Assembly: GCA_020350405.1 (NCBI GenBank)
Contig: CP070715.1
Span: 606,856-657,124 of the forward strand
Direction: 5' to 3'
DNA from: Planctomycetota bacterium
Lineage (GTDB): Bacteria > Planctomycetota > Phycisphaerae > Sedimentisphaerales > Anaerobacaceae
DNA length: 50,269 bases
Shown here: positions 1 to 9,962 of the stretch, in pieces
Layout: every line of letters begins with the position of its first letter
Position numbering within the stretch: position 1 is the first letter of the stretch
Notes under the pieces: generated by a model
Databases searched by the model: none
What the model was told of the DNA's origin: nothing
Seen by the model: the letters and a program-made list of their open reading frames with translations, nothing else
Position numbers and translations under genes: made by a program

Positions 1-57
1 AGTGAAGATCAGTATTACGGCCGCGAACTTGATGGTTGCAGAACGTAAGATTCTCAT
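1..57 (-). CDS. Partial CDS (first 19 codons only, continues off the left edge) with a signal-peptide-like N-terminus
   Basis: Reverse-strand ATG at 57-55 is preceded by AAGGAAAGGAAAC (RBS-like). It reads MRILRSATIKFAAVILIFT and stays open to position 1. Confidence 0.3.
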   Translation of the reverse strand, partial: MRILRSATIKFAAVILIFT

Positions 58-249
58 TTTTAGTTTCCTTTCCTTGCTAAGCGAAAGTTTTCAGAACGAG
101 ATGTCTGAAGAAAATAGCTTTTCAAGCATTGTTTGTCGGGTCATTTTGATAAGCTGTATTTCGAATCACCCTATTTTTCCAATGTATTTGGGTTGTTTTG
201 CCAGAGGTTGCTTATATACCCAAAGAGGGCGGGGATTTCAAGGATTGTT

Positions 250-1011
250 TCAGGCTCGCATATAGAGGCCGCCGTTTACTGCTATATATTCGCCGGTGAT
301 GAAGGACGCGGCATTGGAGGCAAGGAAGAGGATTGCATTTGCGACGTCCTCAGCGGTGCCGTTTCTTTTGAGCGGGGTTTGCTGGGCGATTTTTTTCTTT
401 TTTTCCGGCGTGGTGAAGCGTTCATGGAATCGGGTTTCGATAAGGCCTGGGAAAACGGAGTTGGCGCGGATGCTGTATGGCGCGAATTCCTTTGCCATGG
501 CGATGGTTGTTGTGGCGACGGCAGCTTTTGCGGCAGCGTATATTCCTGCGCCGGGTCCTCCGCCGTGATGGCCGGCGACAGAGCCAATGTTAACGATGTT
601 GCCTTTGCTCTTTCTTAGATGTGGTAGGGCTGCTCTTGTTGCGAGGAATATGCTGCGGACGTTGGTGGCGTAAATATTTTCGTGATATTCGAGCGTTGCG
701 GACTCAAAAGTCCGGCGGTCGATGAGGTCGCCGGCGTTGTTTACAAGGACATCGATGCCGCCGGCGGCCTTTGTGAACTCGTCGACCATTTGGCTGACTT
801 GTTTCTCGTCGCGGATGTCTGCAGCGAGCAGTATGCCCTCGCTGTGTTGTTTAACCTGTTCGAGGGTCTTTTGGCCGCCGGTTTTTGTCCTGAAGTAGTG
901 GACGCCGACAAAGCAACCCTGCTCGGCGAACATAATTGCGCTTGCGGCGCCGATGCCGCTGCTGGAGCCGGTGACCAAGACTCTTTTGCCTCTTAGGTCT
1001 TCGTAAATCAT
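250..1011 (-). CDS. Short-chain dehydrogenase/reductase (SDR), FabG-like oxidoreductase
   Basis: Has TGSSSGIGAA (TGxxxGxG) cofactor motif, NNAG, and the S...YAAAK catalytic motif. 253 aa. Start overlaps the upstream gene stop as ATGA. Confidence 0.9.
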   Translation of the reverse strand: MIYEDLRGKRVLVTGSSSGIGAASAIMFAEQGCFVGVHYFRTKTGGQKTLEQVKQHSEGILLAADIRDEKQVSQMVDEFTKAAGGIDVLVNNAGDLIDRRTFESATLEYHENIYATNVRSIFLATRAALPHLRKSKGNIVNIGSVAGHHGGGPGAGIYAAAKAAVATTTIAMAKEFAPYSIRANSVFPGLIETRFHERFTTPEKKKKIAQQTPLKRNGTAEDVANAILFLASNAASFITGEYIAVNGGLYMRA

Positions 1012-2126
1012 TCTGATTGCCCTTGTGTCTTTGTTTTTTCTGCAGGAGAGGTTGTATCGGTGTCGGCGGTCTTTTCGGTTAGCTGAGTGAGCCGCTGTCG
1101 GGCTGTATTTGCTGTTTTGGTGTCTTTGTGTCTATTGCAGATATTGGTAAGTATTCTTTCTACCCTGGCTAAAGTCATATTGTTAAGCCGCTTGCAGTTT
1201 TTACATTCGGGGTTGAAATTGGTGCAGGTTTGACAGGCGGAGCATTGGGTGAGGAGCTTTTCGGCCTTTCCCATATCTTTGATTGCGGCGAACTCCTTCT
1301 GGACTTTTTCATCTTTTCGTAACTGGTCCTGGGCGATTACGGCTGACCTTGCCGTCTCTACACCTCTGAAGTTTTTTACTATGCGGCGGTAGAGCGTAAA
1401 CGCCTCGGCGGGGTCGGTTTCGCGGAGCTTGTCGGCCTGCTTAACCTGCTCCTGGATTTTGGCGTCGATGGTTTCTATTATTTTGGTGGCGATTTTGCTA
1501 TCCGGTGAATTTTGCTTTCTGGCGCGGATTTTTAGTCGGCGATAGGCCCTGAGGAAGTCTCTGCCGCCGGAGAGCCGCAGTCTGAGGTCCTCGAAGGGGC
1601 CGAGCTCGACGCCATCCAGGAAGGGCGGCGGGGCCGCTTCCAAGGCGGCGACGATAGCGGTTTCGAAATTCCAGTTCATAGGGTGGCCCTGCCATGTCAG
1701 GTTGCCGGTGCTGCCTATGACGAAGGCGGTGGGGATGCCGCGGAAGGAGAAGTTGTCGCTTATGCCGGTGTCCATGGCGATGTGGTAGTTGATATCGCTT
1801 TGCTTAAGGAAGGTGCGGACGTCGCCGGCGGATTTGTCGCGGGAGATGCCGATGAAGAGGACGCCTTTGTCGGCGTACTTATTTGTCAACTCAACCATGT
1901 GAGGAATGGACTTGACGCACGGGGTGCACCAGGTGGCCCAGAACTCGACGACGAGCACCCGGCCCTGGAGGCTTGCGCTCGAGGGCGGGTCGGGCGTGAG
2001 CCAGTTGGTTATATGCAGCCTAGGGGCCTTTTGTCCGACCGCGCCTGCGGCGTCGGCGTCTCCGCAGGTAAACAGAATTATAAACGTCACAAGAGTTATT
2101 ATCGGCTTAATCTTTAGATTTTCCAT
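1008..2126 (-). CDS. Exported TlpA/ResA-like thioredoxin-fold thiol:disulfide oxidoreductase with a helical, Cys-rich C-terminal extension
   Basis: Hydrophobic N-terminus, FWATWCTPC (WCxxC) redox motif, then a ~200-aa charged helical tail containing CSACQTCTNFNPECKNC. Confidence 0.8.
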   Translation of the reverse strand: MENLKIKPIITLVTFIILFTCGDADAAGAVGQKAPRLHITNWLTPDPPSSASLQGRVLVVEFWATWCTPCVKSIPHMVELTNKYADKGVLFIGISRDKSAGDVRTFLKQSDINYHIAMDTGISDNFSFRGIPTAFVIGSTGNLTWQGHPMNWNFETAIVAALEAAPPPFLDGVELGPFEDLRLRLSGGRDFLRAYRRLKIRARKQNSPDSKIATKIIETIDAKIQEQVKQADKLRETDPAEAFTLYRRIVKNFRGVETARSAVIAQDQLRKDEKVQKEFAAIKDMGKAEKLLTQCSACQTCTNFNPECKNCKRLNNMTLARVERILTNICNRHKDTKTANTARQRLTQLTEKTADTDTTSPAEKTKTQGQSE

Positions 2127-2151
2127 TTCTATTGTAAGTTGCTATTTAGGT

Positions 2152-3222
2152 TTATTCACGCAGGTCGGTGCTCGAGAGAGCTTGTGGCCCATTTTCGGCT
2201 TCTTGTTTTCTTTCTTGTTGTATTTGGTTTAGCTGGATGCCGAAGCGGTCGAGTTTTTTCTGTCCTTCGTCGTACTGGCTGTATGCATTTCTGAGGTGTC
2301 GGCCGAGGACTTCCCAGGTTGCGCCGAAGTCGGCGAAGGAGGCGTTAAGTTTTTTTAGGTTTTGTCTTATTTCGGCGGCCTGTTTTTCTATCTGCAGGCC
2401 GTGCAGGCCCATTACCACGGTCATAAGGTAGGCGTACAGCAGATTGGGGGAGACGGGGATGACCTTTTTGTCGAGTGCATACTGGAGGATGTCCTTTGTA
2501 TCGGATTCGTATTTGACGATTGTTTCGTAATAGATGTTCTCGGCGGGGATGTACATTATCGCGAAATCGAGTGTGCCCTCGGCGGGTCTTATGTAGTCAG
2601 AGGCGATTTTATCTATATGGTTGGTTACGTCTTTTAAGAACTGTTTTCTAAGTCTGACCTTCTCCTCATCGGTATCGGCCTTTACGACCGCCTCGAAGGC
2701 GGGCAGGGGGAACTTGGCGTCGATGGAGACGGCGTAGTCGGGCATTTTTACAAGGGCATCGACCATTTTGCCTTCCTTGAATGTATACTGCAATTCGTAG
2801 CTGTCTTTGGGAAGGATATTTTCCAGCAGGTTTTTGAGCGACCACTCTCCCATCTGGCCGCGAAGCTTGGGGGAGCTGAGGATATCCTGCAGTCTTCTTA
2901 CTTCGGTACCGACCTGGAGCATTTGTTTGTTGGTGCCCTGGAGCTCACCGATTTGAGTGTTGAGGCGGCTGAGGACCTGCTGGCTGGACTGGATGCTCTG
3001 GCTTATGGTCTGCTGGCCTGTCTGGAGGGACTTCTGGAGGGTGTCTTTTGTGTTGTCCTGGGCGGCCTTTATCGCCTCGAGCTGCTGAGCGAGCAGGCCG
3101 ATATTGGCGGCGTGGGCGGCGGTATCTTTCCTGGCGGCGAAATTAGTGGTGATTAGCCAGACGAGAAGGACGAGGACAACCGCAATCAGAACGAGTCCGG
3201 CGACAATTAAGGTCAATTCCAT
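2152..3222 (-). CDS. rmuC: DNA recombination protein RmuC
   Basis: N-terminal TM helix, long Q-rich coiled coil, and a C-terminal nuclease-like core (VDALVKMPD..SIDAKFPL, DFAIMYIPAE), which is the typical RmuC layout. Confidence 0.8.
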   Translation of the reverse strand: MELTLIVAGLVLIAVVLVLLVWLITTNFAARKDTAAHAANIGLLAQQLEAIKAAQDNTKDTLQKSLQTGQQTISQSIQSSQQVLSRLNTQIGELQGTNKQMLQVGTEVRRLQDILSSPKLRGQMGEWSLKNLLENILPKDSYELQYTFKEGKMVDALVKMPDYAVSIDAKFPLPAFEAVVKADTDEEKVRLRKQFLKDVTNHIDKIASDYIRPAEGTLDFAIMYIPAENIYYETIVKYESDTKDILQYALDKKVIPVSPNLLYAYLMTVVMGLHGLQIEKQAAEIRQNLKKLNASFADFGATWEVLGRHLRNAYSQYDEGQKKLDRFGIQLNQIQQERKQEAENGPQALSSTDLRE

Positions 3223-3386
3223 ATCATTATCCAGAAAAAAGGCGATTCGATTATAGTATTTTTCGGGGCGTTCGTCAAAGCGGTTGCGATTGAGCGATGT
3301 TTTTTTGCTTGGTGGGGCTGCAAAAAGCTATATAATAGTTGTGATGTGCAGGTAAGAATGTGGATCAGTCGTTAAAGGAGAAGTAA

Positions 3387-4391
3387 GTGATGTCGGAGAA
3401 ATTTAATCGTCGGAATTTCATAAAAGGATCGGTTGCCGCGGCGGGGTTTATCAGCTTAGAGGAGAAGATTCTGCTGGCGGCGATGGAGAAGGGGATTGAC
3501 GTTAAAAAGGAAAAGGGCAGGGACAAATGCGGCCAGAAGATGCCGACCGGCAAGATTGGCAGTCTTACGATAAGCCGGCTTATTTTAGGCGGGAATTTGA
3601 TTGGCGGCTGGGCGCACTCGAGGGACTTAATCTACGTTTCAGAATTGTTCAAGGCCTACAACACCGATGAGAAGATTTTTGAGACGCTTGCGCTGGCTGA
3701 GGAGCGCGGCATCAATACTATCATTATAGACTGTACGCAGATAGATGTTATCAATAAATACAAGAAGGCAACGGGAGGGAAGATTCAGACGATTGCATCG
3801 GTTAAGCCGCTGGAGGAAAATCCGAAGGCGGACATCGACAAGACGGTGGACAAAGGGGCTACGACGATATATCTGCAGGGAGCGGTTTGCGACTTTACCG
3901 TGCAGAAGGGTCGGATAGACGTATTGGCCAAGGCGCTTGAGCACATAAGGAAGCACAAGATATTGGCGGGGGTCGGCGCTCACTCGCTGTTTGTACCGAT
4001 GGAGTTCGAGGAGGCGGGGATAAAGGCGGACTACTATGTCAAAACACTGCACCACGACAAATACTGGTCGGCGCACCCGAAGGAAAACCGCAGGCCCTTT
4101 AGCGTTGACGGGCAGCGGTACGATGACCACAACGAATTTCACGACAATATATATTGCCTTAACCCGGAGGAGACGGTTGAGTATATGAAGAAGGTGAAGG
4201 CACCGTGGATAGCATTCAAGACACTGGCGGCGGGTGCAATTGAGCCAAGGTCCGGCTTCAAGTATGCCTTCGAGAAGGGGGCTGATTTTATTGCTGTCGG
4301 GATGTTTGATTTCCAGATTGCGGAAGATACGCTTATCGCCAAAGATGTTTTAGCGGGTATCAAAGATAGAGGGCGTCCCTGGCGTGCCTGA
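3387..4391 (+). CDS. Tat-signal exported protein of unknown function
   Basis: Twin-arginine motif NRRNFIKGSVAAAG at the N-terminus. AAAGGAGAAG RBS upstream. 334-aa uninterrupted ORF (GTG 3387 or ATG 3390). Confidence 0.7.
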   Translation: MMSEKFNRRNFIKGSVAAAGFISLEEKILLAAMEKGIDVKKEKGRDKCGQKMPTGKIGSLTISRLILGGNLIGGWAHSRDLIYVSELFKAYNTDEKIFETLALAEERGINTIIIDCTQIDVINKYKKATGGKIQTIASVKPLEENPKADIDKTVDKGATTIYLQGAVCDFTVQKGRIDVLAKALEHIRKHKILAGVGAHSLFVPMEFEEAGIKADYYVKTLHHDKYWSAHPKENRRPFSVDGQRYDDHNEFHDNIYCLNPEETVEYMKKVKAPWIAFKTLAAGAIEPRSGFKYAFEKGADFIAVGMFDFQIAEDTLIAKDVLAGIKDRGRPWRA

Positions 4392-4584
4392 GAATTCTCA
4401 GCAGGGCCGGCGCACAGAAATGCAGCACACTATGGGCCGGTACTTCTGGAGAAGCTACGAATTGGGATGACCAAACGAGTGTATTTTTCAAAAATGCAAT
4501 AAATTCGCGTCTGAGTTCGTCTATATCTTTTCAAAGCACGATTGATCGAGAAAAAACGGCTTATACTTTGAAAGGGGGCCCAAA

Positions 4585-5598
4585 GTGTCACGAAAAGTTA
4601 TTTTAGCCACGGCGTTTTTTGCATTATCGCTGGTGTTTTTACAAGGTTGCGGTGCTGCGCAAAGAGGCGGGCGCCCGCAGAACATTGTCCTGATAGGATG
4701 GGACGGCGCCCAGAGGAACCACGTTAAAGAGTGTTTAGGGCGCGGCGAACTTGGCAATTTGAAGAAGCTGGCCAGCGAAGGAACGCTTGTGGCAATTGAT
4801 GTTCTGAGGGTAACGGATACGAAGGCCGGATGGGCGCAAATCCTGACCGGATATGAACCGGAAGTAACGGGGGTATTCAGTAATCGGAAATATCAACCAA
4901 TACCAAAGGGATACACTGTCTTCGAGCATCTGGAGGAATTTTTCGGGCCGGACAAGTTTGTGACTGTAGCAGTGATTGGCAAGAAAGGAAACGTTGGGGC
5001 CGCCGCACCCCGGCGAGTGCGCGTTAACAATGGGAAGAAAAAGCAAAAGAAGCCAGTAGGAAAAATCGTAGTTGAGGACAGTGTGAAGTACCGGCTTGTT
5101 CCGGCGGAGCCGTACTTTTACGCCAAGGAGAGTATGGATGTCTTTGTCAACGGTCTGAAGGAGGATGAAAAGGTGGGCGTCAAGACGCTGGAGCTATTGG
5201 AAAAATACAAGGACAAGCCGTTTTTCTTCTTTGTGCATTTCGCGGAGGTGGACCATAAGGGCCACAAGCACGGCGAGAATTCGAAGGAATACAGCGATGC
5301 GCTCGTCTCGGCAGACAACTGGACGGGCAAGATTATGGAGAAACTGAAAGAGCTGGGCTTATATGATAAGAGCCTGATTTATATTACGGCGGACCACGGG
5401 TTCGATGAGGGTATGAAGGGGCATTCCGACGCGCCTTATGTATTTTTAGGCACGAACGATCCTAAGGTCAGGCGCCGCGGGGAACGGGCGGACATTGCCC
5501 CCACGATACTTGAGAGGTTTGGGTTGGATCTTAGTAAGATTGAGCCGCCGCCTGACGGGCGTTCTTTGACACGAGATTGCGCGGAACTGGTGTGGTAG
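4585..5598 (+). CDS. Alkaline-phosphatase superfamily protein (type I phosphodiesterase / nucleotide pyrophosphatase-like), probable lipoprotein
   Basis: Signal peptide ending LQGCG. GWDGAQRNH and VTDTKAGW (metal/nucleophile region). ITADHGFDEGMKGHS C-terminal metal-site motif. Confidence 0.7.
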   Translation: MSRKVILATAFFALSLVFLQGCGAAQRGGRPQNIVLIGWDGAQRNHVKECLGRGELGNLKKLASEGTLVAIDVLRVTDTKAGWAQILTGYEPEVTGVFSNRKYQPIPKGYTVFEHLEEFFGPDKFVTVAVIGKKGNVGAAAPRRVRVNNGKKKQKKPVGKIVVEDSVKYRLVPAEPYFYAKESMDVFVNGLKEDEKVGVKTLELLEKYKDKPFFFFVHFAEVDHKGHKHGENSKEYSDALVSADNWTGKIMEKLKELGLYDKSLIYITADHGFDEGMKGHSDAPYVFLGTNDPKVRRRGERADIAPTILERFGLDLSKIEPPPDGRSLTRDCAELVW

Positions 5599-5633
5599 GG
5601 GAAAAAAGGGGGAGCTTTGCCTATGTGTCGTAA

Positions 5634-6182
5634 TTACTGCCAGTCGCCGGGGTAGTAGATGCAGTCTCGCTGAATATCGAACTTTCTGCAGAGGCCTTCC
5701 ACGAGGGCCTCGGTTCTTTTTCTCTGGAAGTCGGTTGGGTGGGCGGCTTTTGCATCGGCTATAACGCAGATTCGGACGGTCTGGCCGGTGCCGTACCAGG
5801 TTCGGCCGGGTATGACTGACCATTGCCGCTGCCATTTTTCAGTGGATTGTATCTGTCCGTCGCCGCCGCCGAGCCCGTTGCAGACAACGAAATGGCAGTT
5901 GATATCCTCTGGAGCGGCCAAGCCGCTGAGCGAGGCCAACTGCAGTATGTTACCGGCCCGAGTGGAACTATAGTAGATTTCGATGCAGTTCCATCGGCTG
6001 GGCGCTTGGGCGGCCAGAGAGCGGATAGCTCTGTCGACGGGGTTGAGCCGATAATAACTTGAAAGACAGAAGGGACCGGCTGAAGGAGGGTCATTGGCGA
6101 GTGCCATCAAGACTATTGCGCCGGTGGTCATCGAAACCAGCAGAGCCGCTAATACTTTTGCCACCCTTGGCTGATTCGACAT
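5634..6182 (-). CDS. Membrane-anchored Amidase_2/PGRP-like protein (putative N-acetylmuramoyl-L-alanine amidase), tentative
   Basis: N-terminal TM helix. The pattern W..IEIYYS ... CHFVVCNGLGGGDGQIQSTEKWQRQ resembles the PGRP/amidase_2 core. Confidence 0.5.
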   Translation of the reverse strand: MSNQPRVAKVLAALLVSMTTGAIVLMALANDPPSAGPFCLSSYYRLNPVDRAIRSLAAQAPSRWNCIEIYYSSTRAGNILQLASLSGLAAPEDINCHFVVCNGLGGGDGQIQSTEKWQRQWSVIPGRTWYGTGQTVRICVIADAKAAHPTDFQRKRTEALVEGLCRKFDIQRDCIYYPGDWQ

Positions 6183-6403
6183 ATTTTCGTCCCTGAAAAA
6201 GTTTTTATGAGCTTAACGGAAAAGTTTCCACACCAAGCTGGAATCATTATACACAGTGAACATCGGCAGCTGACAAGAGATTACTACAAAATTTGCGAAA
6301 ATTTTTTGTATTGTGCCGCTCGCTGCAAAGGTCAAAAAAGCTTGACTAAAAGGCACTGTTCTGTGATAACACTTAGCGTCAAATATCCAAGGAAAGGGAA
6401 TTT

Positions 6404-7102
6404 ATGTTTAAGCTTGACGCTATAAGAGAGCCAGCCAAACAAGCCGTAACGTTACAGGCACCGGCAGGGGGCGTGGATAATTCACTTTGGGACCGTGCCC
6501 AACGTCTGGTCCGTACGGTCGATTATATCTGTGGGTTGCCAGAGCTGGCTCAGAGCAGTGTGCAAATAGACCGCTTCTGTTTGATAGCGGCGGCATATTT
6601 TAATGAATCCGGTCTGGCCAGGTATATTAAAACGAAAGAGCAGAGAGGGGCGTTTGGGCTTAACGAAGCTAATGGTGAGGAGTTGCTGGATTTGTCCGCA
6701 AAGGTAGTTGAGGAGACGCTGGCAGATGCTGTTGAAAGGGCTAAAATCGAGAAGATAAACAGGATTATCGTGGAGAGCGGCAGCCGTTCGGCCGGGATGA
6801 TGGAGGCAATGATACTTTCCGATGCCCGCAATTTGGAAGATATGGGAGTTGCGGGGGTCCTTAATGAGTTCAGGCGGTTTGTTTGCTGCGGCAGATGTAT
6901 TTGTGATGTCGTGCAGAGCTGGCGTAAGAAGAAAGATTATCGGTACTGGCAGGCCCGTTTGAAGGAAGGTTTCCGGTTTGAGCCGGTGCGCAGGCTTGCT
7001 GAGCAGCGACTTTTTGCGGCCGAGCAGTTTATGAAGCAGCTTGAGGTCGAGGCGGAGGCTCAGGACCTGAAAGCATTGTCAGCTAAACCAAGTTTTAGTT
7101 GA
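6404..7102 (+). CDS. Hypothetical protein (helical, possibly HD-domain-like)
   Basis: 232-aa ORF with an AAGGAAAGGGAATTT-ATG RBS context. I recognise no firm motif. Confidence 0.55.
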   Translation: MFKLDAIREPAKQAVTLQAPAGGVDNSLWDRAQRLVRTVDYICGLPELAQSSVQIDRFCLIAAAYFNESGLARYIKTKEQRGAFGLNEANGEELLDLSAKVVEETLADAVERAKIEKINRIIVESGSRSAGMMEAMILSDARNLEDMGVAGVLNEFRRFVCCGRCICDVVQSWRKKKDYRYWQARLKEGFRFEPVRRLAEQRLFAAEQFMKQLEVEAEAQDLKALSAKPSFS

Positions 7103-7205
7103 GCAATTCGGTTGTTTAACCAGCGGGTGGGTAAGAGGAGGAACGGCTAATTACTGTCTAATCGGCAATAAGAATTTTTACGTTGCACTTTGCAGCTTAT
7201 CGCTG

Positions 7206-8303
7206 TCATTCAGCGCCAGACTTTTCGTCAGGCGGAGCGGTCGGTCGGGGCTTGGTCGGCGCAATAAGAACGCTGTCAGCTGGGGGCTCTTTGCCGGGGG
7301 GGTAGAGGATGCTCGCATCTGCCTTAAGTGATTCGATATAGGTCTTGGCGAATTCGCCCTGCTTGGTCTGTGTCAGTGTATTCATTATGTCGTCTTTGGC
7401 CTGTTCAAACGTTTTGGTGGCCGCCTGTTTTTTATCGGTTACTTTGATTATGTGGTATCCGAATCGGGTCTCGACGACTTCGCTTGTTTGTCCGATGTCC
7501 AATTTGAAGGCTGCTTTTTCGAATGGCGGAACCATTCGGCCTCTTGTGAAGAAGTCCAGGTCTCCGCCTTTTGCCGCTGAGGGGCAGGTAGAGTTAACCT
7601 TGGCCAATTCGGCGAAGTCGGCGCCTTCTTTTATTTGCTTAAGCAGGCCTTCGGCCTTTTCTTTGGCCTTAGCTTTTGCCTGGTTTGGGTCGGAGTCAGG
7701 GGCGGTGGTGTCAGATTTTATAAGGATATGGCTTGCTCTAACCTGTTCGGGTGTTTCGAATTCTCTTTTATTTTCGGAATAATATTTTTGGGCATCTTCT
7801 TCTGTGACATTTATCTTGTCGGTCCACTGGGTCTCCAGCAGTTTTTGATAGCCCAGCCCTCTTTTGATTCGCTGTTTTACCTCGTCGAAGCTTTTGCCGT
7901 AGGCCTCTATCATGGCTTTGAAATTTTCCATTGACAACGGAGGCCGCTGTTGCAAGGCCATCTGCTTTAGCTGGCTAGTCACCTCTTCTTCGGTGACCGT
8001 CACGTCGGCCTTTTTTATTTGCTCATCGAGCAGCTGCTCGACGACCATTCTCTCCAGGATTTGCGTTCTAAGCCGTTTTTTGTTTTGCTCAACAACCGCC
8101 GGCGGCATTTGTCTGGACATTTTCTGAAGCTGTGGTTTGAGCTCTTCTTCAATCCGACTTTCATAGATTTCGACACCGTTAACGGTAACTGCCACGCTGT
8201 CGGAGGTGGTTTGGCCGGGGGCATTAGGTTCGGCCGAGCGGGCCAGGCTGCTGGCGGCAGTAAATATTGCAAAGCAAGCTAAAGACATCAGATAGGTTCT
8301 CAT
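7206..8303 (-). CDS. Parvulin-type peptidyl-prolyl cis-trans isomerase (SurA/PrsA-like periplasmic chaperone)
   Basis: Signal peptide, SurA-like N-terminal chaperone region, and rotamase core RASHILIK ... GGDLDFF ... FGYHIIKV. Confidence 0.85.
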   Translation of the reverse strand: MRTYLMSLACFAIFTAASSLARSAEPNAPGQTTSDSVAVTVNGVEIYESRIEEELKPQLQKMSRQMPPAVVEQNKKRLRTQILERMVVEQLLDEQIKKADVTVTEEEVTSQLKQMALQQRPPLSMENFKAMIEAYGKSFDEVKQRIKRGLGYQKLLETQWTDKINVTEEDAQKYYSENKREFETPEQVRASHILIKSDTTAPDSDPNQAKAKAKEKAEGLLKQIKEGADFAELAKVNSTCPSAAKGGDLDFFTRGRMVPPFEKAAFKLDIGQTSEVVETRFGYHIIKVTDKKQAATKTFEQAKDDIMNTLTQTKQGEFAKTYIESLKADASILYPPGKEPPADSVLIAPTKPRPTAPPDEKSGAE

Positions 8304-8583
8304 GAGTTTTTCCTTTCATAGATTTGGCCCCCCTTTTGCGGAAAAGCAGCGAGGTGCAGCAAAACGGCGACCCTTCTAAATAAGTTCTGTATCTTCCAAT
8401 GTGAATTCTCATAAGTATTATCGTTTTAAAAGCCGCTTAAGTCAACGCTTTATTTCTCATTGTCAATTGAGTGGGCAGCAAATGCTAGTTTTGGGTTATT
8501 TTTGGCATTATTTCGGGTCACGTGGTATAATACCGACTCTGTAAAATTTCGAAAGATAGGAAAAGGTGTAGGGTTTTAGGAAT

Positions 8584-9885
8584 ATGGATTCAGGCGTTGA
8601 GAGCAGTGGAAAGTGGGGATCGATAGTGACGGGCAGGGAGCGAGTTCTCAGGGTGCTTGAGCACAAAGAGGTGGACCGTGCTGCTGTTGATTTGGGCGGC
8701 ACTCCTTTTTCCGGGGCGCAGGTCAGTGTAATCGCGAAGCTGCGAGAGGCAATTGGTCTGGATAAGGCCGGGGAGCCGGTCAAGGTCATCGAGCCTTATC
8801 AAATGCTTGGAGAGGTTGGGGCAGATTTGCGTGAAGCGCTTGGGATAGACGTTGTGAATCTGTGGGGGCCAAAGAGTTTTTTGGGCTTTGTGAACGCGGA
8901 CTGGAAGCGTTGGAGAACTTTTGACGGGACAGATGTTCTGGTGGCGGGCAGGTTCAACACTGAGGCGGATGCTGAGGGGGCCATTTTACAATATCCGGAA
9001 GGCGATAAGTCTGTGCCCGCATCGGCCAAGATGCCCAAGGGGGGATTCTACTTCGACGCGATTATACGTCAGGAGCCAATAGACGAGGCGAAATTGAACC
9101 CGGCGGATAATCTCGAAGAGTTCGGGCCGGTCAGCGATGAAGATTTGAGGGTTTATGAGCAGCAGGCAGATGATCTTTATAACAATACGGACCTTGCTAT
9201 TGCAGCGGGTTTTTCAGGGACGGCTTTTGGCGATATAGCACTTGTTCCGGCCCCGTTCCTAAAGCATCCAAAAGGTATTCGCGACATTGAAGAATGGTAT
9301 ATCAGTACGGTAACGCGAAAGGAGTACATAAAGGAGGTTTTCGCCGGTCAAGCTGAAATTGCCATTGAGAACCTTGGGCGGCTATACCAAGCCGTGGGCA
9401 ACAAAGTTCACGTTGTTTACCTGGATGGGACGGACCTAGCCGCGCAGAACACGCTGTTTTGCAGTCCGGAAGGATACAAGGAGCTTTATCTGCCGTTCAG
9501 CAAAAAACTTAATGACTGGATACACGCCAACACCAAATGGAAGACGATGAAGCACTGCTGCGGCGGGTGCGAACCATTAATCGAGGGGTTCATCGAAGCC
9601 GGTTTCGATATTCTGAATCCTGTTCAGACTTCAGCGAAAGGTATGGACCCGCAACGTCTGTCTGAGAAATATGGTGACAGGATAGTTTTCTGGGGCGGGG
9701 GTGTTGACACACAAGGGAGGCTGCCGTTTGGCACGGCCGATGAGGTGCGCGAGCAGGTTGCTGAGCGTGTTAAGGTATTCGGCGGGAAGAGCGGATTTGT
9801 TTTTGCTGCGATTCATAATATTCAGAGCAATACGCCGGTCGAAAATGTGGTGGCGATGTTTGAGGCGCTCGGCAGGCAATTATGA
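8584..9885 (+). CDS. Uroporphyrinogen decarboxylase (URO-D) family protein, MtaA/CmuA-like
   Basis: 433 aa. C-terminal TIM-barrel pattern (HCCGGCEPLIEGFIEAGFDILNPVQ, VFWGGGVDTQ, IHNIQ) is typical of URO-D family methyltransferase-like proteins. Confidence 0.7.
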   Translation: MDSGVESSGKWGSIVTGRERVLRVLEHKEVDRAAVDLGGTPFSGAQVSVIAKLREAIGLDKAGEPVKVIEPYQMLGEVGADLREALGIDVVNLWGPKSFLGFVNADWKRWRTFDGTDVLVAGRFNTEADAEGAILQYPEGDKSVPASAKMPKGGFYFDAIIRQEPIDEAKLNPADNLEEFGPVSDEDLRVYEQQADDLYNNTDLAIAAGFSGTAFGDIALVPAPFLKHPKGIRDIEEWYISTVTRKEYIKEVFAGQAEIAIENLGRLYQAVGNKVHVVYLDGTDLAAQNTLFCSPEGYKELYLPFSKKLNDWIHANTKWKTMKHCCGGCEPLIEGFIEAGFDILNPVQTSAKGMDPQRLSEKYGDRIVFWGGGVDTQGRLPFGTADEVREQVAERVKVFGGKSGFVFAAIHNIQSNTPVENVVAMFEALGRQL

Positions 9886-9962
9886 GATTTGTTTGTGGCA
9901 CACCACATTGTGCTTCGAAGCCTGATGGAGCGTTTATGCTTTTACGTACTAGAAATTAAGAT

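Noticed and set aside
2-618. Plus-strand ORFs of 87 and 161 aa at the left edge
   Set aside because: The second is antisense to the SDR gene. The first spans the non-coding gap and conflicts with a better minus-strand start at 57.
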